A stretch of DNA of 53,328 nt, the filler included, from Jimgerdemannia flammicorona (Eukaryota): the NCBI GenBank assembly GCA_003990765.1. It is 2 parts of 2 records of this genome, joined end to end, with 100 filler letters (N's around TTAATTAATTAA, not from the genome) between each part and the next. Parts side by side here need not be neighbours in the genome. Positions count along the whole stretch, not along the records: positions 1 to 26,615 come from RBNJ01000712.1; positions 26,716 to 53,328 come from RBNJ01000713.1. One strand, 5' to 3'. Every line of letters starts with the position of its first letter. The stretch's first letter is position 1. The position numbers and the translations under genes are program-made. The notes under the pieces are model-generated. The model did no database searches and had not been told where the DNA came from. It worked only from the letters and a program-made list of their open reading frames with translations. This document shows positions 23,985-36,314 of the stretch, in pieces.

Positions 23985-26525
23985 TTACTCGTCACCGTTG
24001 AGACCGTTCCCATCGCCAACGACGGTCACGACCTGACCGTTCGGCATAACGATATCGAAGAAATCGCCTGAGTCGGTGAAAGTGAACTGGGACGCCATGT
24101 CTTCCGCCGTCGCATCAGGGTCCGACTCTTCTTGCTGGGCGCCACCCATCATCATGGACTGGCCCATCATCAAGGAGGACGAGTCCACCATGCCCATTTC
24201 CGGCTGTGCCATTGGAGCCCACATCTGCATGGGTGTCTCCATACCCCTGCTCATCATCACGGTTTGGTTGTTGTAGGCCGTTGACGCATCGGGGAACGGA
24301 AACTCCTCCTCGTCGGCGCTACTCATCATGGACAGCGGAGACGAACCGTGAGGGCCCCGGGTAGTGCGGTACGTGGAAAGATAAGCGGCCGTGGGCTGCA
24401 TCTGGGAAGGGTGCTCCATGTTGGTGGGCGTTGGCGGCGTGACCTCCGTGATGGGTGGCGGGATGGGGATGTTTGCTGGCTTGGCGGAAGGCTGGTCGCC
24501 AGCAGGCGACTGGAAGGACGCTGGGGCGAGAGGGGTCGGTACGGAAGCGGCGCGACGGTGGCGGATGTTGTTATTGGTCTGTTCGGCCACGGCGTAGACA
24601 CGGTGCTGCCTCTGTTCCGGTTCCGGGGGGGCCTGCACAGGGGTGGGCGTGCCCAAGGCGATGTACCTGAAGTTGTCGTAGCTGTGCCTTCGCGTTGGCT
24701 GCTTCACCTCCAACGTAGAGTCGGTGTTCAGGTTGAGCTGATCGACGATCCGGGTCACCTTGTGCATCCTCTCATCGGCAGCGGTGATTTCCAAAACCTC
24801 GTTCTTAAGCGGCTGCGCCAGTCCCTTCAACGAATGCTTGAAAAATCGCGACGCTTGCTTGCCTTCTGTGAAATCGCTGCACTGCGTCCACGAGATGGAG
24901 CCGTTGGGACCAGTAGGCATGCCGTCCTTGGTGTTCTCCATGTAGAAAAGCGGGCCACCGTTCAACTCGATTTCGATCTTGGCAAAAACGCCATCCAGCA
25001 AAATGTAGTCCAAGCTCGTGATGGCTTCGAACGAGAAGTCCATCTTAAAGTGGCTGGTGTTGTCGGTAATGTGCCAGCTCATCTTGCGCTCGGGGATGTT
25101 GTAGTAGCAAAGCAGATCTGTTGCGTTGATCTTCATGCGGCGCCAAGAGTTGATGATTAGAGTGTCGGCAGAGAACAGATGAGCAGCGACATTTGGCGAC
25201 GGTGCCGAGATAAGGTGCGGGTTTTGCATCGTATAGGGAGGTCGGATATCGAGCTGTGCCGGCATTTGCTGCCGTTGTTCTGTGTATAGGGAGAGAAGGA
25301 AAAAAAAAAGTTCGTTTAGAGAACTGCTTTCACCCCCTTTAATTTTTCTATTTTGCTTCCATTTCGGGTTGTCGTTAATTTTTTTTTTTTTTTTTTGGAC
25401 AGCGCTATATATAAAACACTTACCGTAAGGGTTCGGCATCGGCGTCGGTGACATCATCGACCCAACGGGAGTAGGCGAGAGGTACCTCAACTGAGGCTGC
25501 GGGCTAGGCGAGGCCGACGGACTTGGCGAGAAAGCCGGGCTAGGAAAGGCGGAGACGCCGTTGGACACGTAGGTCACACCGCCTGGGCCCTGCAAGAACT
25601 GGGGCCCGCCCATTGCGGCGAACTGAGGAGTAGGCGGCCATATACCAGGCATGGAGATACCAAGGCCGGCGTTGGGATGACCGTGCATGGGTGGCGGTGT
25701 GGACGAGCGCATACCCGGATTCATCTGCTGTTGAATATTGTGAAGCATGTCGCTGCTGTACGAGCGCGGAAGCGGAATGCGGCCGGCGTTGGGGTGGCCG
25801 TGAGGAGGTAGACCGGCACGGAAGGGGAACATACCGGCGGGATGCATTTGGCCGGGGAAGCCCGAGGCGAGAAACTGGGCCTTCATGGCCTCCTCTTGAA
25901 GGAGGTGGGCGCGCTTCTGGATGGTCTTGACCTTGGCCCGCCGGTTCTGGAACCAGATCTGAATGGACCGCTCGCTCATGTTGAGCTTCTCGGCTAGCTG
26001 CTCGCGGACCTTGCTGTTGGGCGAGGTGTTGCTGACGAAAGTCTCCTCCAGCACGGCAAGTTGCTCGGGCGTCGCGCGCGTCCGCTTTTTGGACGTCGAC
26101 GAGGTGGAGTGTTTCGATTTTGATGATGCCGAGGTGTTGTTATCGTCGTCCTTTTTGGCGGCACTGCCTTCCATTTTGACGGCGTCTTCATTCTTGTCCT
26201 CTGACCCGCTCCGGTCGTGCTCGTCATCGTTGTCGCGGTTCTCGTCGCTCTCGGAGCACGAGCTCCTTGGGCTATCGCAGTATTTGTTGTTTGCATAGTC
26301 CACGCCAAGATCAGGGGTGGGCGATTTCATTTTGAGTTTGGAAAGGCTCGCCATGGTGTCGGAAAAAGTGCGCTGCAGCTGAGGCGCGTTGCCGGGAACA
26401 GCCAGCGTGTTAAAGTTGTATATGTCGTCCTCCTCGCTGTCGTATGGGTTGTTGAAGTGCACGCCCACGAAGTTCTTCTTGCGCGGCGGCTCATTCATGG
26501 TGTAATCGGGTGCCCGGACAGCCAT
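23985..26525 (-). CDS. Homeobox transcription factor, Phx1/Hoy1/Pah1-type (~798 aa if the 144-nt intron 25280-25423 is spliced)
   Basis: Homeodomain KKRTRATPEQLAVLEETF..MSERSIQIWFQNRRAK. Conserved central domain SWRRM..DLLCYY..PLFYME..QCSDFTEGKQAS is typical of this family. Upstream exons could be hidden by the gap at 26616. Confidence 0.92.
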   Translation of the reverse strand: MAVRAPDYTMNEPPRKKNFVGVHFNNPYDSEEDDIYNFNTLAVPGNAPQLQRTFSDTMASLSKLKMKSPTPDLGVDYANNKYCDSPRSSCSESDENRDNDDEHDRSGSEDKNEDAVKMEGSAAKKDDDNNTSASSKSKHSTSSTSKKRTRATPEQLAVLEETFVSNTSPNSKVREQLAEKLNMSERSIQIWFQNRRAKVKTIQKRAHLLQEEAMKAQFLASGFPGQMHPAGMFPFRAGLPPHGHPNAGRIPLPRSYSSDMLHNIQQQMNPGMRSSTPPPMHGHPNAGLGISMPGIWPPTPQFAAMGGPQFLQGPGGVTYVSNGVSAFPSPAFSPSPSASPSPQPQLRYLSPTPVGSMMSPTPMPNPYGKCFIYSAVQKKKKKINDNPKWKQNRKIKGGESSSLNELFFFLLSLYTEQRQQMPAQLDIRPPYTMQNPHLISAPSPNVAAHLFSADTLIINSWRRMKINATDLLCYYNIPERKMSWHITDNTSHFKMDFSFEAITSLDYILLDGVFAKIEIELNGGPLFYMENTKDGMPTGPNGSISWTQCSDFTEGKQASRFFKHSLKGLAQPLKNEVLEITAADERMHKVTRIVDQLNLNTDSTLEVKQPTRRHSYDNFRYIALGTPTPVQAPPEPEQRQHRVYAVAEQTNNNIRHRRAASVPTPLAPASFQSPAGDQPSAKPANIPIPPPITEVTPPTPTNMEHPSQMQPTAAYLSTYRTTRGPHGSSPLSMMSSADEEEFPFPDASTAYNNQTVMMSRGMETPMQMWAPMAQPEMGMVDSSSLMMGQSMMMGGAQQEESDPDATAEDMASQFTFTDSGDFFDIVMPNGQVVTVVGDGNGLNGDE

Positions 26526-26615
26526 TGGGATATGATCGATTTTGTGGGATGAGGGGAAGGGAATGCTAGTGTGAAGGGCACTGCCAGTGGTGAGAAGTAG
26601 TGAGAGGTGGGGGGG

Positions 26616-26715
26616 NNNNNNNNNNNNNNNNNNNNNNNNNNNNNNNNNNNNNNNNNNNNTTAATTAATTAANNNNNNNNNNNNNNNNNNNNNNNNNNNNN
26701 NNNNNNNNNNNNNNN
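26616..26715. other. Artificial assembly spacer: 44 N + TTAATTAATTAA + 44 N
   Basis: Symmetric 100-bp N block with a central palindromic six-frame stop linker. Confidence 0.95.
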
Positions 26716-29700
26716 CGAAAAGCTGTCTTCTCAATGTCCTTCTCATCAATGAGAATCTGGTAGTAGCCATTTCACAAATCCAGTAGAGAAAAGGTCTTGG
26801 CCTTGAAGATTTGGTGTAGCAACTCATCAATCCTGGGCAAGGCATACTGATTCTTGATAGTGATCTTGTTGAGGGCTCTGTAGTCAATACACATTCGCAG
26901 AGAGCCATCCTTCTTCTTGACAAATAGAATTGGGGCTCCAAATGGAGAGCAGCTGGGTTCAATGTATCCTTGGGCCAGTAGTTTGGTCAATTCATCCTTG
27001 AGGGTCTTGAGCTCAGGTTGGGCTAGTTGATAGATACTCTTGTATGGAGGTTCAGATCCTGGAATAAGATCAATTCTATGTTGGATTTGGTGCTTGGGTG
27101 GGAGTCCTTGAGGATCTTGGAATACATCTTGGAATTCTTCAAACAGTTCTTGAGCTTCTGTTGGAATTGGGCTGCTTGTAGCTTCAGTGACTTCTTGTAC
27201 AGTACAGATGAAGTAGGTGTTTCCCTTTTTTCGAGAGAGTCTCTTCATTTGAATGGCAGAGATGATTTCGATTCCTTGATGGTTGGTACCTTCCTGGGGT
27301 GTCAGAGTGATCTTTCTGCCCTCATGGGTCAGGTTAACCTCGTTGGTTCTCCAGTTGATGTCTGGGTTGTGCTGGGTCAACTAGGCTTTTCCTAAGATAA
27401 TGTCTTGTCCTAGGAGGTCTACAATGCTGAAGTCCAACTTCTCCTGATATTTGCCAATCTTAAGCAAAAGGTCTTCGCAGATCTTAGTCAATGGTGCAGT
27501 CTTTCCATCACCAAAGGTAACACTTCTTTTCTCCATAGTTGGTCTTCTTCAGGCTCCAATCCTCTTGGCAGTCTTGGTACTGATGTAGTTTCCAGTAGCA
27601 CCACTATCAAGCAAGATATTGACATTTTGTCTGTGGACTTGGCCTGTGAACTTGATGCAACTATCCTCCTTCTTGATGGTATTGAGCTCTTCATCCTCGT
27701 TGTTGTCCCAATTGCTGTCAGTCTCCTCGAAGTCAGTTTCTCCCCATCCTTCGCAAGGAGGGTTGTCTTGTTTGGGTTCCTCAGTCTGTTGAGCTTGGCG
27801 CTTCTCAGATTGAATTTTGAAAACTTTGGAGAGGCATGCATGGCATTCACCAACATGTTCCATGCAGTACATTCGAATGGAATGAGGGCATCGTCCACAT
27901 GGTGCATAACCATCTGCAATTCTCTTATACCAGTTTTCATCATCTTCCTTCATGGTAGTGACCTTTTGACTTGGAGGTTTGTTGGTAGATCCAAACCCTT
28001 TCTTGCCACGGTCTGTCTGGGAGAGTTCGGGGACTTCTTCAATGGTGAGATCTTGATGGATTTCTTCAATGATTGCTTGGGCAATTCTTTGGCCTATTTT
28101 GACTTCAAATGAGGTATCTCAAAAATTTCGCAAAATGACATAGATTTCACCAGTAAATCCTTGGTCAACTACTCCTCCTCCTAGCCCAATGTTGAACTCT
28201 TTGGCTAGGCTGCTTTGCTCAGCAAGGCGGATGTATATACCTCTGGGGGCTTGCATTGCAATTCCTGTTCGCACTGTAGCATTGGTACTTGGTGGGATGG
28301 TGAGGTCTTGGCTGCTGTAGAGGTCATATCCAGCATCAGTTGGGTGAGCCTTGGTGGGGATGGTAGGCTTGTACCATATCTTCTGTACTTTGATGACATT
28401 CTCGGGGTTCTTCTTTCCTGGGCCTTCTCCAATGACAGTAATGTTCTGATTACTGGGTTCACCTGATCTGTTTCTCTTCTCAGGGTATTTGACTGAGATG
28501 TGTTCTGCTTTCTTGCAGATGAAGCACAATCCTTTTTCACGGAGCTGCTTCTTCTCATCCTCAGTGGGAGGTCTGGGTCCTCTGGGGTTTCGCTGGTTCC
28601 TTTGATCATATCTTTAGTCATATCTTTGATCATTCCTTTGATCATTTCTCCTGGTAGGATTTCTCCTATCTTGGGTATCTTTCTTATGTTCTTGATTTCG
28701 TGGAGCTTGTGCAGCAAGGATTTCACGGGCTCTTCTTTGTACTTGGGCAAAGCACCATGAGTAGTGGGGGCATCCTTGGGGAAGACCTTGTTCCTTGATC
28801 TTCTGGGTGAGCCAGTCTGGTAGGGCTGCAAAGAGATGGTTGGCTCTGGTACCATTGATGGCCAAATTGTTCTCCTAATAGGTAAGTCCAACTGTTTTGA
28901 GGTAGGCATCCATTCTGGTGGCAAAGGACTCTAGATCCTCTTCACCATTCTTGTGGAACTTCATCTGGGACAGTTTGTTCCATGTTTCTTGTATGTAGGC
29001 CGCATTTCGGAATTTGGTCAGTAGCAAGGCCTTGAGTCCTGGGCCTGCTTTATAGTCATCCCAACCTGGTCTATTGTTGCCAGGTGCTTGTCCATTGACT
29101 TGTGGGCGGGCTTCCCAGGTTACTGGGTGTTGTTCCAAGGTTCACCAGAATTCGGCTGCTGTTCCAGTGAAGAATGTGGCTACTGTTTCTACTTGTGCTG
29201 CTGATGTGGCAAACAGCTGTTGAAGGGTGCTGTTCTGGTTGTGGTGAGCATTCCTATAGATACTCGGTTGTCATTCCATTGGTTTGCTCAGTAGCCTGTG
29301 TCAACTGCATTGATGAAGTTTTCGATGTCACTGTTTTTTCCACTGAATGTTGGGATTCACAAGGTCTTGGTTGGTTTGTTCTGTTCAGCAATCTGTCCTA
29401 CTATCCCTGCTAGTGCTGCTAGCTGGGTGATCAGTGCTGTAATGTTGGCATCTACCATTGTGTTGACTATTGGTAGTGGGCCTGTTGGGGTAGATTCTCC
29501 TGAAGATTATTCCACCTAGTGGGGTTGTGGTGCTGTATGACTTGGGGTTGCTTGATTCCCAGATATTAAGTCAAAGAGTCCTGTGAGAGAGGGTAAACCA
29601 AATCTCGGTATAGGTGGCTGAGTTGGTTCTGAGGTCTGATCTTCTTGACCTGTAGTTCCTTGGTAAATTTCTAGGCCTGCTGTTCCTTGTTGGCTATCGT

Positions 29701-31172
29701 CAGACTGGTGATCTGTAGATTCTTCGTCTGACTCCCTTCCCTGATGAGATAGTGTATCCTCGTACTGACTAGGTCCTTCAAAGAGGATATCAGTCTCTGG
29801 CTGAGTTGATGGGCCTGCTCCTTGTTCAGCAGTAGGGGATGGTTGGCCTGCTTGCTCGTTCTCATACCTAGTTATGGCAGAGGCATAGTATACATACAAC
29901 TAGCCTGTAGTAGAGGGAGGTCTTGGTTGGGGTGTGGTGATATCTGTCAGAGGCAATCCACTCGGCAGCTGCTTCTCTTGCAGCAGGGGGTGTAATATAA
30001 TCTAAAAAATCCTGAGTGGCTGCAACAGTAGATTCTGGGGTCCTAGTGGTTCCAATGTGTCCTTGGAGAAGTTCGTAGAACCTACGGTGGCTAACAATAT
30101 TCCTAAGTCCTGGGTGGTATGTCCTAAAGATCTGGTATAGATCCTTGTAAGCCTGGTCAATTACAAGCTAGTGGGTCCTTGGGTCTGTAGTTTCCTGGTA
30201 CCACCTGGTCCTAATAGCAAGGGCTTCTCTGGCTCTGGTTTGAGGATCCACAGTTGTTCCTGGGGGTTACTCCTGTCCAAGGTTGGTCTTGTTCCAACTT
30301 CAGGAGTGTGTTCTTTGGTGCCTTCTTGGCTGGTAATCCACTGCTACCAAGTTGTAATAACTCTCACTTCTATCCCTCTCTTATCTTTTGGATAATTAGA
30401 GAAGTGGACTATTACTTAGGAACTTAGTACACAATGTGTATCAAGAAGCCTTCAGTTTGAGGAAGCGCTCGCTTAAAGTAGTTGTAGCAGCAGTACCTTA
30501 TCTTTCAAAGGTCTTTCTGATTTGCCTTCTATTTCAAAGGTCTTTCTCTTGTGCCCTATTTCAAGGGTCTTGTTCTTTGCTGTGCACAGACTGAATTCGC
30601 CTTGGAATTCAGGTTCAATGGGTTTACTTAAGTCTTTGGGGATTTATATACTGGTCTCAGTTCTGGCAGAAGTTAGCTAGACTTCTGGAGTTTAGTCAGA
30701 AACACTAGAGTCACTTAGATGTCATTACTAAGACTCAGGGGAATGTGTGTGTGTGGGGGGGACTTGATTCTTGTATCAAGGACTGAACTAAAAACTGCTT
30801 TATTTCGGATGGAAACTGGGGGGTATTTATACAAGTTGGTCTGCGATTTCTGACTAAGTATGAGTGACTAATTTGGTAACTATAATGAGGTTTGTGATCC
30901 CAACCTTTGTCAGGTGGTTTTTGGCAAAAACAACTTTGTGATCAGGACCTCAATTACTAGGCAATGATCAGCAACTGTGGCAACTGTTGCTGCGGCGCCG
31001 ATTGATGGGGATAAGCTGGATATCATTTTTCGCGTCGTTTCGCATTGTTCGTTCGTTCGTTATTCATATGTCACGCTTCGTTCGTATGATGACGTCATCG
31101 CTCGTCGGGTCACGTGATCGTTCGTCGTTCGTCGTTCGTCGTTCGTCGTTCGTCGTTCGTCGTTCTATTACA
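26716..31172 (-). mobile_element. Ty3/Gypsy LTR retrotransposon 3 (5' half; RT of Tf/chromovirus-like type), inserted in LINE ORF1
   Basis: LTR 30353-31172 bounded by TGTAATA/TATTACA. PBS TGGTAGCAGTGG (30338-30349, minus). Gag IPTFSG..ANQW; knuckle CFICKKAEHISVKYP; dUTPase DAGYDLYS..GGGVVDQGFTGEI..RGKKGFGST; protease [35 protein letters not shown] running into the gap. Confidence 0.92.
30353..31172 (-). repeat. 5' LTR of element 3 (820 bp)
   Basis: 7-bp terminal inverted repeat. Minus-strand TATAAATA at 30824-30831 and AATAAA at 30799-30804. LINE sequence resumes at 31173. Confidence 0.85.
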
Positions 31173-34100
31173 GTACCCATGGTGAGATACCTGAGGTGGG
31201 ACCCAAGAGTAGTGCAGCTTCTGGTGAAAGGAGTTCCCACTGTTACTGCTGTTGAGATGAGGAAGAGAGTCAAGGAGATCATGGAGGAGTATGGGGAGGT
31301 GGTTGATATTGGGTTCTGAGTGTGGGAAGGAACCTCCCTCTGCACAGGGGATGTTGACATCAGGATCCGGTTGGCAGGGAGAGAGGCTACTGGGAAGGCT
31401 CGGGACTGGCCCTCAGTGATGGTGTAGGGGGCTTTCTTGTACAAGGTGATGAGAGTGAAGGGGAGCAAGGAGGAGGAGGAGGATTTGTTGGAAGTACTGG
31501 AGGAGTTGAGTAGGGTGGTGGAGAGGAGGGCAAAGGCATGGAAGGCATTTGAGAAGTCGACGCATCTTGAGGTGGTTGGAGAGAAGCAAGTCTGCATCAA
31601 TAAGGAGGTGTGGGAGTGGTCCCAAGGGTGCTGAAGGCAGAGGGAGTTATTGGAGAAAATGGGAGTGGAGGTGAAGAGGAAGATAGGAGGTAGTGCAACC
31701 ACTGGAGGTGCTGAGGCAAGTGTCTGGGCTGCTGGTAGTAGAGGGAATGTGGAGGGGGGTCAGGAGGAGGCCAAGAAGGTGCTGAGCAAGAACCTGTATG
31801 AGGATGGTACATTGGAGGTTTGGGAGGAAACCTGGGAGGATTCACCTTCTCTCTCTCCCCTTATCAGAAGGGGACCAGTGGTGAGAGGTAGGGTGGTGGA
31901 GGATGTGCAGATGTGCAGAGCTCAGCAGGTGTGCTTTGGAGTCCCAAATGTGGAGAAGGGGGGATTGGTAAAGGCAACTAGAGAAGAGAAATTGGTGGAT
32001 GTCCCAGAGAAGGGATGGAATGAGTCAGCAAGTGTAGGGGTTGATACTACAATGTTGGATGGAGGGAGGCCAGTGACCCCAGGAGGGAAGGAGGTGGGGA
32101 ATCTGCTCTGGGTGTGCTGGATGATGAACAACTTGGCAGTGGAAGAGCTGGGGGAAGTTGACCTCCAAGTGATGAGCAATAAGCACTGGATAAGGATCCT
32201 GAAGGGCGATGGAGTGGTGGCAGTGCTGAAGGCAGAAATTCTGATGGTATACTTAGAGGAGGAGGGGTATGAGGTTGATAAGGAGAGGGAGGCTGCTCTG
32301 GCAGTTGTGGCGGGTGAGCAGGCTGCCCACTGTTGGGCTAAGTGACATGGACTGCAGCTCTGGCAAGAGGCTTGCTTGGAGTACTGCAAGGAGTTTGAGG
32401 AAAAGGAGGATGGGGAGATGGCTGAGATCCTGGCTGAATTGGAGGCTAAGAGGGCTGAGGAGGCAGAAGCTATTGCAGAGTGCAACCTGGATAGGGCACA
32501 GGAGGAAGTGGACATAGAGCAGTAGAGGACTCATTTGAAACTATATAATCTCTCTTATGAATAGTACAACCAATATTTTCTCTTTGAATGTGAATGGGCT
32601 ACAGGGGTCTTTTCAGTGCTGGAATATTTTTACTTGACTAAAGGGATTAGAGGCTGATCTCTTTCTTTTGTAGGATGTCAGATGTGAGGATGACTTGGAA
32701 GGGTTAGAATGGACAAGGGAATGGGGAGGGGAGGCAGTTTGGATGAGAAAGGTCAGGATACTGGTTCGGAGGGGCAGAGGGGAGATCCGGGATGTAAGGA
32801 ACTAGGGTGACAGGCTGGTTTGGGGAGAATGAATATGTGCAGGCTGGGAGCCAACCATGGTGGGTTCCTGCTACTGCCCTGCTATGAGGATTGAGTGTGT
32901 CAATTGGGTGAAGGGCCTCAGGGAGAGTGGGGTCCTCACTGAGGTGGGCATAGACTTGCTTGGTGGGGACTTTAATATGCTCAGAGATGCATTGGTAGAT
33001 AGGACCGACAGAGGGGGGGGGGCTGAGGGTAGGAGTGGTGGGCTGGAGGCATGGGAGGAGGTGGAAAGGTTGAGTGCTCTGGTGGATGCTGGTAGGGGGT
33101 TTTGGGGTGACAGGAGGGTATACACACATTGGACTGAAGGCCTGGGGACAAGAATTGATTGGATTTTGACAGCAAGCTGCCGGGGTCTCCATGTGTGGAA
33201 GTCACTGGAGATTGAGTGGTGTCCATGGTCGGATCATTGGGGTTTGCTAGGGCAGGGACATTTTGGGGGGAGTGGGGATGGGCCTGGACATTGGCACCTC
33301 AATTTCTCTTTGCTAGCTGATAAGATGCTGTGGGATAAGTGGGAGATAGAGATTTGACAGAAGGTGGAGGGCTGGATACAGGAGAGTGCCCCAGTCAGTG
33401 CCAGGTGGTTGAGGTTAAAAGATGCTGCCAGGGTCTACTGGAGTGAGGCTGGCAAAGTGGCTGGAAGAGGGAGAAGAAGTAAGGGAAGATGGGCTTCTGC
33501 TAGACTGACTAGGCTTTTGAAGGATTGGGCTGGTCTGGTGGAGTGAGAGGGGGGGGAGGACTGGAGAGTAAGGTGGGTGAAAATGGAAATTGGGGAACTA
33601 CAACAGGTGCTGCAGGATGAGGAGGAGGCGCAAGCACAGGGCCTGATGGCAAGGTTATGATGGCAGGGGCAGGAGGAAGGAGAAAGGCCTTCAAAGTATC
33701 TCATGAGGGCCCTTCAGGTAAGGAGGGTGAAGCAGAGATGGGAGGGAGTAGAGACACCTGATGGTTTACTAGTACATAGTATACAAGACATTCTCAGTAT
33801 GTTGAAGGGGTGCTGGAGTGGACTTTGGAGTGAGGAGGAGGATGGAGCAGGTGATGCCACCATTGACCATGCTCTGGAGGACTGGCACCCACTACAAGTA
33901 GAAGGGCTGGGTGACTTGGTATCACTAGTTTGAGAGGAGGAGATTCAATGGGTACTGGCCATGACTACTTTGGGCACAGCACCAGGGGAGGATGGTCTGC
34001 CCTGGGACTTCTGGAAGAAGATGGTGGGAGTTCCTAGAATACTGGGAGAGCTGACGGCATTGTGCAATCTGATACTACAGTCTGGGCAATGGGTGGGGGA

Positions 34101-36279
34101 GAAGGACCTTGGGCTGGTGATGTTGATTTTTAAGAACAAAGGGAGAAGAGAGGACTGGAAGAACTGGAGGCCGATTATGCTGCTGGATATGGACAGAAAG
34201 TTGGTCACTAAGGTGGTAGTTGCTAGATTGCAGAGTGTGGTCCAGCAGATCCTAGGTGAAGAGCAGCACAGCTTTATCAGAGGTCGGCTGATTAGAGATA
34301 GCATGGCTTGGGTGCATGGGGTTATTGAGGGGGCATGGGCATGTGGACTGGATAGTTGACTGGTTTTCCTGGATCAGGAGAAGGCATATGACCATGTTCA
34401 ATGAGTATGGTTGGCGAGAGTACTGGACAGAATTGGCATACATCCTCAGTTCAGGAAAGTAATGATCAGCCTACTGGAAAGGAGTAGGGCTGCTCTTATT
34501 TGCAATAGTCACAGGGGGGTGGCTTTTCCTCTGGGCAGGAGAGTACCTCAGGGTGACCCTCTATCCCCCATTCTGTATACTCTATCCTTGGAGCCACTGA
34601 TAGATAGGATTCATAGGAAAATAGTTGGGCTCTCCATCTATGGTATTGGGTGGAAAGTTGGTGCCATTGCGGATGATATAGTGGTCAGTCTGGGATCAAT
34701 TGAGGATGTCATAGAGCTCAAGAAGACAGTGGAATGGTATGAGGTCCACTCTGGGGCTCAGCTCAATTGGCACAAGTGTGAGATGATGGTGTTAGGCAGG
34801 GGACTAGTAGGAGGGGATGTCATTGGAACAATTGTCCCAGTGGGAGAGGTAGTGTAGTACCTGGGTATATTTCTGTCAGTCTATGGGTCGGTCCTTCCAA
34901 GACCCTAGTGAGAGCAGAGAATTGCAATCTGGGAGAAAGCTTTGCAGAGTTGGAGTGGCCATCATCTGTCTTTGATGGGGTGGATCTCAATTCTGAATAC
35001 TTACTGGCTTCCAAAGTTATGGTATTTAGCATATCACCTGGACTTTCCAGTCTGGGTGGTGAAGAGGTTAGTGAAACTGGCCAAAAGGTGGATCTGGGCT
35101 GGCAAATGAAGTCAGATCAGTTGGGAGGTTTTGTCTCTACTAGTGGTTAGAGGAGGCCTTGGGCTGGTGGACTTCCTGAAGTGGCTATTCTGCTTATGTG
35201 TGTGGTGGCTGAAGAGGGTAGTAGAGTTGTGTAGGAGTAGCTAGGTTCCCCTGATGTAGAAGGTTTGGGAGATGAGGTCATCACCAAGAGGCTCTATGGG
35301 AGATCTACTGTCCTTGGTTAGACTTTGGAACATTGGAAGATTATGATTCAAAGACTTCTGGTGGGGAGTAGTTGATGGTGCTCACCATATTGGAGTTCGA
35401 TGGCAAGAGAAAGAGGGAGAGGAGCCATGGGACCCAGTCATGTGGAGATGGGACTGAGTACTGCTGGGGGGTGTTCCTCTTTTGGACTTTGATATTGGTG
35501 ATGGAGTAGAGTACCAGCGGGGACCAGGCCAGGATCTTTGGCCCAGCAGCTGGCAACTAGCAGGTATTGGTGAGGAGTGAGACTGGAGTGGCATTTGAGC
35601 ATGGAGTGATAGAGTGTGATGCTGGATGCCGCCAAAGTATTGGGTGGTATGGTGGTAGATGCTAAGGAGGAATGTTATGCTCAACTTCTGATCAGACCAT
35701 CTCATAGAAGGGGGGAGCTTTGACTGTAAGGAGTGCCATAATGTAGGACAGGAGGGGGGATATGTGCAGATGCCTGAACATTGGCTGGGGGAATGTGAGG
35801 TGCTGAGTGACTTTTGGTTGGCAGTTGGTACTTAGCTTGGTGTAGTATATAGGGGAGATAGTGAGCAGGGTTGGTGGGAGGATTTGAGGGATAGATTGGT
35901 AGGGGGGGTGGGAAATGAGTGGCTCACCTTGGTGGGTTTTGGCAGTTTGGATGGAGTTAGCTGGTCACTGGTTGTTTGTTTTCGAAGATGAGAGGAGCAT
36001 GAGTTTGGGGGTACAGGTTTTGCAGTAGCAGGGGTTGATGGAGGATATAATGACAGGCTGGTGGCAAGGCTGGGGTCTGCAGGGAGGTAAGAGGTATCAA
36101 TTGGTAGAGAAAATCTACTGGAGGAGTGGGGGGAGAATGAGGGTAGTGGATGGAAGGGTAGTACTTATGTGAGAGGGTAGGGGGGGGGACCCCCCTGTGG
36201 GGATTGGGTAGTGCGAGAGGTGCATGTATTTACCAATAGAATGATCTGGTGCATTAATAAAGGATGGAGTCCAAGTGAC

Positions 36280-36312
<33 letters not shown>
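31173..36312 (+). mobile_element. L1/Tx1-like LINE (ORF1 interrupted by element 3; decayed ORF2 APE-RT-CCHC; poly-A tail)
   Basis: ORF2 ATG at 32557 (MNSTTNIFSLNVNGL); GGDFN, RIDWIL, SDH, APGEDG, NWRPIMLL, PQGDPLSP, IADD; C-terminal CKECH..EHWLGEC; AATAAA at ~36256 and poly-A at ~36283-36312. Confidence 0.92.

Positions 36313-36314
<2 letters not shown>

Noticed and set aside
24348..25160. 270-aa ORF antisense to the homeobox gene
   Set aside because: Shadow ORF expected from GC-rich codon usage on the opposite strand.
26660..26671. Palindromic TTAATTAATTAA between N runs
   Set aside because: Artificial six-frame stop linker. It is not biological, and it means adjacency of the homeobox gene and element 3 is unproven.
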